Source: Balanoglossus misakiensis (Eukaryota; Animalia; Hemichordata). Taken from it: DNA of 64,000 nt. The notes beneath the pieces are model-generated. The model had not been told where the DNA came from. It was given only the letters and a program-made list of their open reading frames with translations, and did no database searches. Made by a program: the position numbers and the translations under genes. The DNA lies in the NCBI GenBank assembly GCA_040954595.2, contig CM082598.2:9563097-9627096 (forward strand), in the 5' to 3' direction. Numbering within the stretch: the first letter of the stretch is position 1; each line of letters opens with the position of its first letter. Positions 1-12,000 of the stretch are shown one piece after another.

Positions 1-589
1 TGGTGCGATTGAAAATCAAGGACACATTTCGCCACTTGTCCCATTTGTTGTTCCACATGAAATAAATGGAAGATCCGATAAAATCCACACTTTTCCAGTT
101 TTTGTACAGTCATCCTATAAGTATAAGCGCTTCTACGGTACCGCCTGTGAGTCTTACAGCTTTGAAACCAGTGCGTAATATACTAGTAGCATGACTCCAT
201 GCTAGTAGTAAAAGCATACCGGGATGTGGGAACGCTTTGAGTTGGTCCCTTGGGACAAAGACGTTTTTAATTTATTCACGCACAGGGATGTATTTTTAGC
301 CAGACAATGGCAAGACCTAGTTGCCTAGCAATTGTCACCATGAACTTTGCTACAAGTTTCACTACCACTTCCACTGGGCGTCTCAATTTTTTCAGCAGAG
401 CCCCAGCTGCAGTAAGTTCCGACTACCTCAAGGCTTTGCCTGTAGGTTTTGGGGCTCCTCATTTTACTGATGACCATCAGCAACAAGGCAAATTGACCGT
501 TGACTAAGCAAGGTGCTAAACATCGCTCTTTTCAGAGGGGTAATTTTACATGCAAGCTCATTAGAAACTGCCACTTGTATCCCCTCAAA

Positions 590-817
590 CCGCGTCGGCA
601 GAGTGCGTTTAGATCGGCGTTTAGTGCGGTGTTTCTGTTCACACGTGATTTGAATCGCTGTTTAGTGCGGCGCCCCGACCCAGGTCCCACCCCTCAACAC
701 CGTCACAAAAAAGAGCGGCGCAGGGTCGCTCTCACCTTTTCACACGTGGCACTTACAAATTAACGCCGCCCTAGCACCGCCGCTGGGGCGGCGTTGACGG
801 CACGTGAGAAAGGCACT
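590..817. mobile_element. Probable MITE fragment (PIF/Harbinger-like end)
   Basis: GC-rich patch with repeated tttagtgcgg and tcacacgtg motifs, ending ...cacgtgagaaaggcact. The matching left terminus was not found. Confidence 0.3.
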
Positions 818-1715
818 ACTGACAACAGGTTGCGGAGAGGTGTTAATCCTTACACCTGCTGAGGTCTGACCGGCAAAGCCGTCTCAAATCTAAGCTGTTT
901 CAGAACCACTTATACACCGTCCACACCGGGTTTTTTTGAGACGGCCGTATCTGATCTGAGATGCTTCAAAACCGTCTTAATGGTGTGTGTGACCCCCATA
1001 TTATTTGGAAGCAAAAGAGCTGATAAAGTTTATATCGCTAATTTGATCTGCAGAAACATTAACAGTAGTTGAATACAACAAAGTATTTACATATTTCTGT
1101 ATCAAGACAACCTCCAGGTGCATGATCTAATCTTTGGCATTTCTAAATGTGCAACAAAAGACACCTTGAATATCTGGATAAAGTCATTAATGTACAAAAT
1201 GTTATTTTTTGTCTAAGTTGAACACAGAAGCACATCAAAATTTTTTGAGTGTGTAGTACCTACCGGTACAAGAAAATATTTGAATTCAAAATAATAGAGG
1301 TTTGAAGTTATAAGTTAGCAGGGACACATACATTATCAGAGAAAAATATGATATTAAAGGATTTAAATCTTTTAATTCTACATAAAAACTGTTAATCCAT
1401 CAACTGTTTTGATTTCATTTTTGAAAGAACACATTATAGTGAAATGCAGGGGAAACCCTTTGTGAACAAATGTTAAGGATGTACAATAAGTAAAATTGTC
1501 ATTTCTTTTAATTGTGGATTTTGGTTTCTCATTTGTATATACATCCCTAACAGTGCCAAGTCAGTAGCAAACGTAGTCATTTTCATACCCCCTAGAATGC
1601 CGGGCATACTTGACCATGGAGAGAATGAATTGGTATCAGACTGTGTAATGTCAAATATTTGTACAGCTGAGTACATACTAAACCACCTCAGAAACAGGTA
1701 TCTTGGATCAGTAGG

Positions 1716-1840
1716 CGCCAGTAAACAGTCGAACACCAACCAGTCGAGTGATAACGTTTTAATGCAACAACACGAGGCAACGAGAGTCGAGAGAGAGATC
1801 TCACGAGACAACACGAGACTAACCAATACGCCGACTGGCG
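1716..1840 (-). repeat. 3' LTR of Troyka-like element 1 (125 bp)
   Basis: Matches 17469-17599 except for a 6-bp indel. On the minus strand it is preceded by a purine tract (plus-strand ttctctttctttctttcttttctctctctct, ~1845-1877), the PPT. Confidence 0.95.
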
Positions 1841-1995
1841 CGACTTCTCTTTCTTTCTTTCTTTTCTCTCTCTCTCTGTACAAAACAGAACAAAATAAAG
1901 TGAAATGCCGTTACTAACTTCAACAAAAGGGCCAGAGCAACTTTGGGCCGCTAACGGAGGTCAGTAAATGAGAGTCAGTGAAAAAAGGTGAAAGT

Positions 1996-2416
1996 CTATG
2001 TCACATAGTCCTTTAAAAACGCGGGAGGTCTACGATGACGTTGTGGTCTGGTTGGCTCGGTCTCTGGTGGTGGCTCTGAGCTGGCCGGACTCGAGGGCAA
2101 TTGGTCCACTGGTACTTGTTCTATATCAACTGTGGCGCTGTTTGAGTCGGCAGGGTACGTCAATTCCAATGGGGCATCTGGTAGACTGCTGTATGGCTCA
2201 AGTGTGGGGCTGGGTATATAGGAATCGTGGATTCCTCATCCTCGTTGTTATCGGCTGAACGATACTTTGGTAGAGGTGGGGTACCGTTATAATAGCTGGG
2301 TACACTGTAACACTCGCTGAGCTTGATCTTGTAAGAAGATGCACGAAGTTGGGATCCAGCAAATTTCCTGATGAAGCACCAATCGCCATCAATGGCGACA
2401 ACTAAGTATCGGCTAC
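1996..2416 (-). pseudogene. C-terminal tail of Troyka-1 integrase (split off by Gypsy A)
   Basis: Removing 2417-7910 rejoins RSKSHAR|SRYLVVAIDGDWCFIRKFAGSQLR, homologous to RDKTRARDRYLV..CRIRKF in element 2. It ends RPPAFLKDYVT* after a frameshift. Confidence 0.85.
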
Positions 2417-2718
2417 TGTAGTGTCGTAACTACTCTGTTGGCTATGACAACAAACAGTCAATGTCAATGACTCTACTCACATTCCATCTATTCCATCTGT
2501 GATAACAGCACATCCTGTTATACCATTATCTATGGCAATAAAACCTCACTTCTAGTTTAGACACCGATGAACCAACAGTGTCTGTCTCTGTGTATGCACA
2601 CACACAATACGTACGCGTAGTACATTACATTGGCGACGAGGATTTCGGAGGATTCAGCCCGGGGAGATTGGTGATTAGAAGAGCGTATCTAACATCGGAT
2701 TTCCACATCCCGTGCGCC

Positions 2719-3990
2719 ATGGCAGCGGCTCCACTTCCATACCAAACTTTTGAGGTACATGAAGATCCAACGACTTGCTCGCAAAGATGGGACGAGTGGT
2801 TGGACGGCTTCAACATACTGATGGACGGGTTTGGTATTACGGACACCAAAAGAAAGCGTAACCTACTCCTACATTTTGCCGGACCAGAGGTAAAACTTTT
2901 AGTAAAGTCAATGCCCGAAGAAGAGAAAGGCGGCGATACTAACTTTACACAACTAACGGATGCCCTGACTGCCAGATATTCGAAAAGTCGCACAAAGCTA
3001 TACAACAAGCACATTTTTCGACAAGCAAAACAAGAAGCAGGAGAAACAGTCGACAGATTCCATGCCCGACTGCGAATACTGATCGACAAATGTGACTATC
3101 CGAATCCGGAAGACGAACTGCTTGTGCAAATAGTTGAACACTGCACATCTAAACGACTGAGACGCCGTGCTCTCAGAGAAGACATGGATCTAAAGAAAGT
3201 ACTGGATTTTGCTCGATCGCTCGAAGTGTCGGAATCCCAAGCAACGGATATGGAACACAACACTGGCGTATCGGTAAACAAAGTCCGAAACAAGTACTCG
3301 ACAAAAGGAAAGTTCGACAAGCATCGAGGAAGCAAGACTCCAAGAAAGAAAGACAGCGCTAAATCGACATGCCATTTCTGCGGTGGAACATACCCACACG
3401 AAGGTACGTGTCCTGCTAAAGACAAGAAATGTAAGTCATGCGGAAAGTTAAATCACTTCGCGAAAGTTTGCCGTTCAAAAGGAAAAGAATCTACAGCACG
3501 AGGTCAACGATCTGTGAAACGACTCGAAGCAGACGCAGAAATTGACTCGATCGCTACCGATTCAGATTCAGATTCAGATTCAGACTCGCACTACGTATAC
3601 AGTCTACGGGATGACGCGATTCGCATCAACACTGTCAAGCTCCCTACCGCAAGCATCGGAGTACAAGGTAAGAAGATGAATTTTATGATCGATACCGGAG
3701 CTGCAATAAACGTAATCGAAGAAAGCGATTTCAAGAAAATCAAAAGCAGAGTCAAGTTAGAACGCAGCACTGTCAAAATCTATCCATACAAGAGCGCAGA
3801 TCCACTGAAAATGCTCGGAACATTTCACGCTGACGTAGAATATGAATCCAAAGCGTCTAAAAGAAGCAAGATCAAAACTGAATTTCACGTTGTTAAACAT
3901 AACGGTGAAGTCGGCGGATCACTTCTGAGTTTCCGAACAGCCGAAGAGCTAGGACTGATCCACATAATCAAACAAGTCGAAGGACATAAA
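2719..3990 (+). CDS. Gag-protease of Gypsy A (interrupted at 3990)
   Basis: ATG at 2719; zinc knuckles CHFCGGTYPHEGTC and CKSCGKLNHFAKVC; aspartic protease motif FMIDTGA. Confidence 0.9.
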
Positions 3991-4905
3991 ACGGATAAAC
4001 TCCATTATCACATGAACTGGCCCTGATCACCACCTGTGTGACGTAGACCAGGACAGATCAAAAATCCTGATCACCCCTGTGTTACGTCATCAACCGGAAC
4101 TATTTCCACCGATTCGCCGTAGCTTTGTTGTCAAACAGAAACAGTGCGTGTAGCGCGCGGCATTTACAATACAGAAATGAAATAAAAAAAATACGGTTCC
4201 ATGACAATAACGCTTTGTAAGCTCAAAACAGAAAGGTGGAATTTGGAAAGAAGACAGTCGACGCAACGATCATGGACGATCGTGGCTGTCAAAGTTTTGG
4301 GTCAGGTGTACATAGCCTAGGCTAGGCGCAAGTCCGGTACGTTCCGAGTCGAATCAGCGTGGGGAATTGTTTCGAGCCAGTTCAGCGTGACGACTGAACC
4401 TCTCTATTGCACCGGTCAACGAAATGTATAAGACGTGGCAACAGGTTGCAGTAAAATTGTTAGAGAATCGATTACATTTGTGTAAGGCCGAACTTCGAGC
4501 GAACGGAACTCAACGGGACGACTTGTTGGGAGATTTTATTAATGATCAGCGATAGTTCACCATTTGCGTATATGCAAATGATGAACTATCGCTGATCATT
4601 CATAAAATCTCCCAACATATATCTCCTGGGGGACATAATCCCGCTCAGTAAAATACGACACCGCTCCAAAATTGTTGCAAGGTACTGAATTGTTTTAGTC
4701 CTGCCTCTTCTAACGAAAAATAAGAAGACTGTTCATGTGATAAATATATAATCCCATGATATCTTTCTTTGTTTAACGTCATCGTATACTCGTGGTTTTC
4801 GCGGAAGCGTACAACTTCTCGCCTGCGGCTCGAAGTTGCACTGCTCCGCGAAAACCACTCGTATACGATGACGTCAAACAAAGAAAGATATCATGGGATT
4901 ATATG
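3991..4905. mobile_element. Non-autonomous hairpin-ended DNA element (Crypton-V-like architecture) inserted in Gypsy A pol
   Basis: TAAA on both sides (3987-3990, 4906-4909); excision restores the frame EGHK|EKRNKLITEY. Short IR ttatcacatgaac/gttcatgtgataa (~4005, ~4731), internal hairpin 4524-4617, terminal hairpin ~4746-4904. Confidence 0.85.
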
Positions 4906-4909
4906 TAAA

Positions 4910-7369
4910 GAGAAAAGAAACAAGCTGATAACTGAGTATCAAGATCTATTCAAAGGAATGGGGAAATTAAAAGATAACCAAGTCAAACTACACGTCGATG
5001 AGACAGTTCAACCAGTCGCACAGCCACACAGGCGTATACCGTTTCACGTACGCAAGAAAGTCGAAAAGAAACTTGCCGAAATGGAAGAAGACGACATAAT
5101 CGAAAAGGTTGAAGGTCCAACCCCATGGGTATCACCGATCGTAGCGGTACCTAAACCAAAGAATCCAAACGATATCCGAATATGCGTGGATATGAGACAA
5201 CCAAACAAAGCGATAAAACGTGAACGTCACATCACACCTACGATGGATGACATTATGCTTCTATGGGACGAAATTCTCGAAAGACGGAATTTCACCAGAT
5301 CCTGAGAAAGTATCGGCGATCAAAGCAGCTGCGCCACCGACAAATCCAAGCGAGGTAAGAAGTCTACTCGGTATGGTAAATTACTTCAGTCGATTCATAC
5401 CTGATCTCGCGACTATCACACAGCCGTTAAGACAGCTCACCATAAAAGACACCCCTTGGGAGTGGACGGATAAACAGGAAGACGCGTTAAACACTATCAA
5501 GAACCGACTGATGAGTGACACAATCATGGCATACTTCAATCCGAAGAAGGAAACAGAAATAGTGGTAGATGCCAGCCCAGTAGGTTTAGCAGCCATGTTA
5601 ACCCAGAAAAACAAAGGTGACGACGCACCACGAGTTCTTTGCTACGGAAGCAGATCACTCACACCGGTCGAACAACGATATTCTCAGACAGAGAGAGAAG
5701 CCCTTGCCGTTGTATGGGCATGCGAACGATTCCATTTGTATGTCTATGGTCAGAAATTCACCATCGTGACAGACCACAAGCCATTGGTCCACATATACAA
5801 TAATCCAAGTTCGAAACCACCTGCCAGAATCGAACGTTGGGCACTGAAGCTACAAGACTACGACGTTACAGTTGTATACAAGCCAGGAAAAGACAACCCT
5901 GCTGATTATATGTCAAGACATCCTGATGAACATTCGAAACCAAGTAGCCGACAAAAGTTGCCGAAGAATATATAAACTTCGTTGCTACGCACTCAACACC
6001 GAAAGCCTTGACACTGGAAGAAATAAAGGCCGCAACAAAAGCTGATCCAACACTACAAGCAGTAGCTACAGCGACCAGAGAAGGAAAGTGGTATGCGATT
6101 ACCAATTCCAACGATGAAAACATCGACCAGAAAGCAGTGCAGATCCTGCAGAAAACTCAAGACATGCTGACCGTAACGCCGACCGATGACCTACTTCTGC
6201 GTGGAACACAAATCGTGATTCCAAAATCTCTGCAAAATAGAGCAGTAGATCTCGCCCATGAAGGACATCAAGGAGTCGTCAAGACGAAGAAATTGATCAG
6301 AGAGAAGATATGGATCCCGAACATCGACAAGCTGGTAGAAGAAAAAGTGAAAAACTGCCTGCCATGTCAAGCTGCAACACACAGCACCAGCCGAGAACCA
6401 CTACAAATGACGAAAACGCCTGACAATGCCTGGGAAGAATTGACCATCGATTTCTGCGGACCGTTTCCATCAGGTGACTATCTGCTCGTCATCATCGACC
6501 ACTACTCAAGATATCCTGTCGTTGAAATAATCAAGTCAACTTCAGCAAAGGCAGTAATACCCAAGCTCGACAAAGTGTTTTCAGAGTATGGCATACCCAA
6601 GAGTCTAACATCGGACAATGGACCGCCATTTAACAGCCATGAATTCAAGCAATTCGCCAACTACCTTGGATTCAAGCATCGCAAGATCACACCACATTGG
6701 CCAGAAGCAAACGGGGAAGCAGAACGCTTCATGCGGACCATCGAGAAAGCCATCCGCACCGCTCAAGTAGAGAACAAGTCATGGAAACAAGAACTTTACA
6801 CGTTTCTGAGAAATTATCGCTCTACACCACATAGCACAACCGGCCTGCCACCAGCAACAGAAATGTTTCAACGACCAATGAACATCAAGTTGCCAAGCTA
6901 CAGCCTGCCAAAACCCCACGAGAAACTGCGACAGAAAGACAAGGAAGCCAAAGAAAAGATGAAGAAATACGCAGACAAGCGCCGAAACACAAAATCATCC
7001 AACATCGAACAAGGCGATACTGTTTTAATCAAGAACACTGAGAAAGGAAAATTGAAAACTCCGTACAAAGCACAGCCATACGAAGTTGTTGAAAAGAAAG
7101 GCAGTATGATCACAGCAAAGAGAGGCTCACACACCATCACCAGGAATTCATCTCACATCAAGAAAGTTCCAAAGAGAGAGATAAAGCATCAAGAAATCGA
7201 AGAAAGAAATGATGAAGAGGCAGAAATAAATGCACCGCCATTGAAACTGAATGAAGATGCAGGAAACATGCAGATGCCAACTTCAAGCCACACCCAGGAT
7301 GAGGAGAGGAAATATCCAACACGTGAGAGACGTGCACCGAAATACCTAGAGGATTACGTAACCACTTAG
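4910..7369 (+). pseudogene. Pol (RT-RNase H-integrase) of Gypsy A; RT core deleted, frameshifted
   Basis: PWVSPIVAVPK..RICVDMR jumps at ~5257 to FYGTKFS with the catalytic xxDD segment missing; RNase H IVVDASPVG..TDHKPL..NPADYMSR; frameshift near 5955; integrase HHCC, IDF, SDNG, EAER. Confidence 0.92.
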
Positions 7370-7910
7370 AAAAGTTAGCAGATACACTAGTCCTGTTGAG
7401 GAGCAGAATAATCTCCTGACTAGATGTATTCAGAGACCGGACAGTCTACCCGATCTCCTAAGTAGATAGAGTTTTCCAGTTTTGCATGCAATGAGTAGAT
7501 ATAGAATGATTTTCGTTTTTATTTTATTTCAAACTTTTACTCTATACGGAATACCAGGACTCTATCATCTTACAACTTCAACTTGGACAGTTGTTTGTAC
7601 AACTGCTTTGGACTACAGAGAACAATTAGAGACTCAATGTTTATTTCATACCAACTCCAGAATGTTTATTCCAAAATTAATTAAAGGAGGGATGTAGTGT
7701 CGTAACTACTCTGTTGGCTATGACAACAAACAGTCAATGTCAATGACTCTACTCACATTCCATCTATTCTATCTGTGATAACAGCACATCCTGTTATACC
7801 ATTATCTATGGCAATAAAACCTCACTTCTAGTTTAGACACCGATGAACCAACAGTGTCTGTCTCTGTGTATGCACACACACAATACGTACGCGTAGTACA
7901 TTACAGCTAC

Positions 7911-9034
7911 GAGCATGTGATTTACTGCGATGTGCATGTAAATATACTAATTCGCCAACCCTGATGTCGTTCTGGTGAGCAGTTTTGTATCTGGACTTTG
8001 ATAGCTGGCTGTACGGGTGGTTGATAATACGCTGTTCGTGTTGCTTGCTGATCAGTTCACGATCAGAAAGTGGGATCTGGTCATTGGTGAACTGGTTTCG
8101 CTGTGTCGGCATTTACCGGGCGGATAAACCACGGCTCCTAATGCGGGAGTTGAGGCGTGCTGTAGCTATAGCCAGGTTAAGCGGACTGACAGGATCTCCA
8201 GCAGGGTCCTGGCGAAGGAGCTCTTCTTCCAGCTCATAGATGGCTTTTTCTGCAACTAGGTTTTTGTATGGGTTCTTTATGCGGCCTATCTCGATGCATA
8301 TGCGCAACTGGTGGAGAGTTTCATCATTGCGGAGCACCATGAATCCTGGTGCGGGGTCAATGCGAATGATGGCATGTGGGCCGTCTAGTGGACGTAGCTC
8401 TATGCACATACGTGCAAGGCTGTCGCGGAGAGTAACATGGTTTTCATTCTCAATGATGCATGTTGATGTGTAGGAAGTTGTAGTTTCTCTGAGGACAAAG
8501 ATGAGTTGTCGATTGCGCTTGAGGACATCAGCCGCGTAGTTAATACCAACAACTTCTGGGGGGTCTTCTGTTGTTTGCTCAGCTAGGCTGTTGGGCAGTT
8601 TCTTTAGGGAGGCGCATGTGTGGCATGCCTCGGAAACAGATTCTATGAACTTGTCAATGTCAAGGGCATAGAAATGGCGCTTCATGATGAGCTTGAGCTG
8701 GTGTTTGGATGGATGGTCTAGTTTGATGTGTATTGCAGTTAATAGACCATCAAGAACGGTTCTGGGAACAACGATGAGCTCTTGTGTTGGGCAAAAGGGT
8801 TCATTGTGTTTGACTACTAACAATCCATCATTTGCTATAGTGGCGACGCCGAGGTATCTCTTCACATCCTTGATGTTAGTGAGTTTCTTAGACGGTCGTG
8901 TTCCCTGTGTTAGATGAGCGTGGACATGACAAAGATCCGGACACTCTGATTGGGTGCTTAACCACGCTGATCTGCTTGTGAAGGGGAGACGATGTTTCCC
9001 ATTCACAATGTCGCTGACGGAAGTACCGGGGGTA
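7911..9034 (-). pseudogene. Integrase of Troyka-1
   Basis: H..H..CHTC zinc finger; YAADV, RIDPAPG and VAE with D-35-E spacing; premature stop at 8113-8115. Confidence 0.9.
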
Positions 9035-9039
9035 GATGT

Positions 9040-12000
9040 TGTAATGTCCTGACTGTTCCGTTATACGAATGAGAACTCTATGTGTCCGCATGACCTTTGA
9101 CATGTATTTGCATATTAGAAGAATCCAGCATGGCTTCCTACCAGCCATTGCATACTGGCCAATAAAGCATCTTGATTACCAATATTTCCCGTCCCCATTT
9201 CCATGGTATATCCTACAACATGGCGACGAGGATGCGTGAACATGCAGTCCATGCTTAGAAGACATTTTTAACCACGTTTTTCAAAGAATCAAAGACGAAA
9301 ATCGTGAGTACATTTGCTGTGTGTGTACAGTCTACCACTACGCTGTAAATTACAACAGTACACAACGCACAGCGATCGTTGCGACGCCATCTTGAAAAAA
9401 AAAAAAAAAAAAAATAAGAAAAAACGTCGATCGTAGCTCAGTGTCAGAGTTCTGCAGATTTGTTGGGGCGACCGTCCAGCATCAGAGTGGGACAGATTCA
9501 CAGAGAAAATTCTACACTATCCAGTCAGAATGGCTACTGCGTTACCAACGTTTCCAAACTTCTCGGTTCATGATGACAGTACATCAATAGGGCCTCGGTG
9601 GAAGAAATGGCTGAAACGGTTTGAAACGTACTTGACAGCACATGGCATCGAAGATGGTAAAAGGAAACGTGCGCACCTCTTATATTCAGCTGGTGATGAG
9701 GTGGCTGATATATTTGATGTTTTACCAGACAGTGGTGATGAAACAAACTACGCCAAGGCAGTTCAAGCACTGAATAACTATTTCCTGCCTAAAGTAAATA
9801 AGGCATATGAAGTCTATGTGTTCAGAAATACAACACAGAAACAAGGTGAACCGTTAGACACCTATTACACCCGCCTAAGACAATTGGCCGAGACATGTGA
9901 ATTTCCAAATGAAGACGAAGAAATAAAGTCACAAATAGTCCTGTTCATCATCACGACTACGGCGTAGGGTACTCAGGGAAGATCTCTCTTTGAAAGACCT
10001 CCTTGATCAAGGCCGAGCATTTGAAGTGTCAGAACGCCAGGCCAAGGGTATTGAAAACACTGACCGATCTGCTCAGAGCACAAGTGTGAACCAGATGAGC
10101 AAAACTGGTGGCAGATGGCAGAGACCAAAACCCAAACCCATACAGTCTTCAAACAAAGCACAGCAACAGAAACAAACCAAGGGGAATGAAAATAGAAGTT
10201 GCTACAGGTGTGGAGGTGATTTCCCCCACACAGGCTCCTGTCCAGCGAAAGACAAAACTTGCAGAAAATGCCAGAAAGTCGGACACTTTTCCAAAGTATG
10301 CAGAAGCAAGCCACAGAAAGCAGTGAAAACCGTGGAGTCCAAAGCAGACGAAACAAATAGTGGATCAACAGATGATGAGTATGTCTACCCCATCATGTTG
10401 TCTCCAGTCAACAGTGAGCATACACCTCACTCTACAGTCATCATTGGCAACCAGGCGGTGAAATGCTTGATTGACTCTGGTGCAGGCGTCAATGTCATTG
10501 ATGAGAAAACCTACAAATCCATGAAGGATATACACATCTCTCAGACGTCAAAGAAAATATACGCATACAGTTCCAAGAAACCGCTACCAATCCTGGGTGA
10601 AATACAGACACGTACACAGTCCAGTGTCACAAACAAGTCCAGTTACAGCAGTTTCTGTGTAGTGAAAGGGTCCAGTGGAAATTTACTAGGATATGAGACA
10701 GCAACCAGCCTAGGGTTACTTCACATAGTAAACACTGTGTCACCAAACACGGCGCCACCTACAGTTGAGAAACTGATTGATGAATTTTCTGACCGATTTG
10801 ATGGAATTGGCAGAATGAATCACATCCAGGCCAAACTACACATTGATACAACTGTGAAACCGGTAGCCCAGCAGCACCGACGAGTTCCATTTCACATTCG
10901 TGATAAGGTTGAGCAAGAGTTGGACAAACTACAGCAGCTTGACATCATAGAGAAAACTGAGGGCGCCACGCCATGGGTTTCGCCAATAGTAGTGGTCCCC
11001 AAGAAAACCGGAATTCGTGTATGTGTTGACATGAGAGCTCCTAATACTGCCATAGAGAGGGAGAGACACCCAATGCCAACAATCGATGATTTACTGGTGG
11101 ATCTCAATGGAGCCAGTGTGTTCAGTAAAATTGACCTGAACAAAGGCTACCATCAGATAGACTTAGATCCTGATTCAAGATACATAACTACGTTTGCTAC
11201 ACACGTAGGCCTATACCGCTACAAGAGACTGAATTTTGGCATAAATTCAGCATCAGAAATCTTTCACAAGGCTGTAGCTGATATGTTACAAGACATACCT
11301 CATGCAAGAAACATCTCTGATGACATCATAGTTTATGGAAAAGGAGAAAATCCACAAGCAGACCATGATGCCAATCTGAGAGCAGTGTTGGAAAGTCTGA
11401 GAAGACACAATGCGACAGCCAATAGAGGGAAGTGTGAGTTCAGCAAGCCAGAGATCAGTTTCTATGGCAACCACTTCTCCGGAGATGGTGTTGCAGCAGA
11501 AGAGACAAAAGTGAAAGCTCTCCTGAACGCAAGTCCGCCACAAAATCCAACAGAAGTCAGAAGTTTCCTGGGAATGGCGCAGTACTTGTCACGATACATA
11601 CAGAACTTTGCGGCCATATCAAAGCCAATGCGTGAGCTGACCCACCAAGGTGTACAATGGCAATGGGGCCCAGAGCAGCAGAAATCGTTCAAAATGCTCA
11701 AAGATGCAATGGCCAGCTGCCAGGTGATGAAATATTTTGATCCCAAGCTGAGCACAGAACTCATCGTAGATGGAAGTCCCACTGGTTTAGGTGCCATATT
11801 GACACAGAGCACACCAGGAGGAAAACAAAACATAGTTGCCTATGCAAGTCGAGCTTTGAGTGATGCAGAAAGCCGATACAGCCAGACTGAAAGAGAGGCA
11901 CTTGCAGTCGTATGGGCAGCAGAACACTTCCATTTGTACCTGTACGGTTCCCCCTTCACGGTTGTCACTGATCACAAACCGTTGGAAGGAATCTTCAACA

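Larger units (their letters stand above)
2417..7905 (+). mobile_element. Gypsy LTR retrotransposon A (Mag/K02A2.6-like), defective
   Basis: 213-bp TG...CA LTRs (2417-2629, 7693-7905; one difference seen); TSD GCTAC (2412-2416, 7906-7910); PBS TGGCGACGAGGAT at 2631; PPT AAAGGAGGGA at 7683-7692. Confidence 0.97.

Noticed and set aside
215-330. Short frame containing WERFELV (beta-trefoil/fascin-like motif)
   Set aside because: It is closed by stops, with no second repeat or convincing splice sites; insufficient support.
1473-1917. ORFs of 136 and 106 aa with paralogues at 17373-17768
   Set aside because: The similarity comes only from the shared LTR; these are shadow ORFs.
3559-3586. (GATTCA)n repeat
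   Set aside because: An ordinary coding microsatellite giving the DSDSDS linker between Gag and protease.
7370-7692. env-like third ORF in the Gypsy elements
   Set aside because: Only ~260-320 bp separate pol from the 3' LTR in A and B; the short ORFs there have no fusion-protein features.
9935-9990. Programmed ribosomal frameshift in Gypsy B
   Set aside because: The break is inside the capsid region, has no slippery heptamer, and alignment to element A indicates a small deletion.
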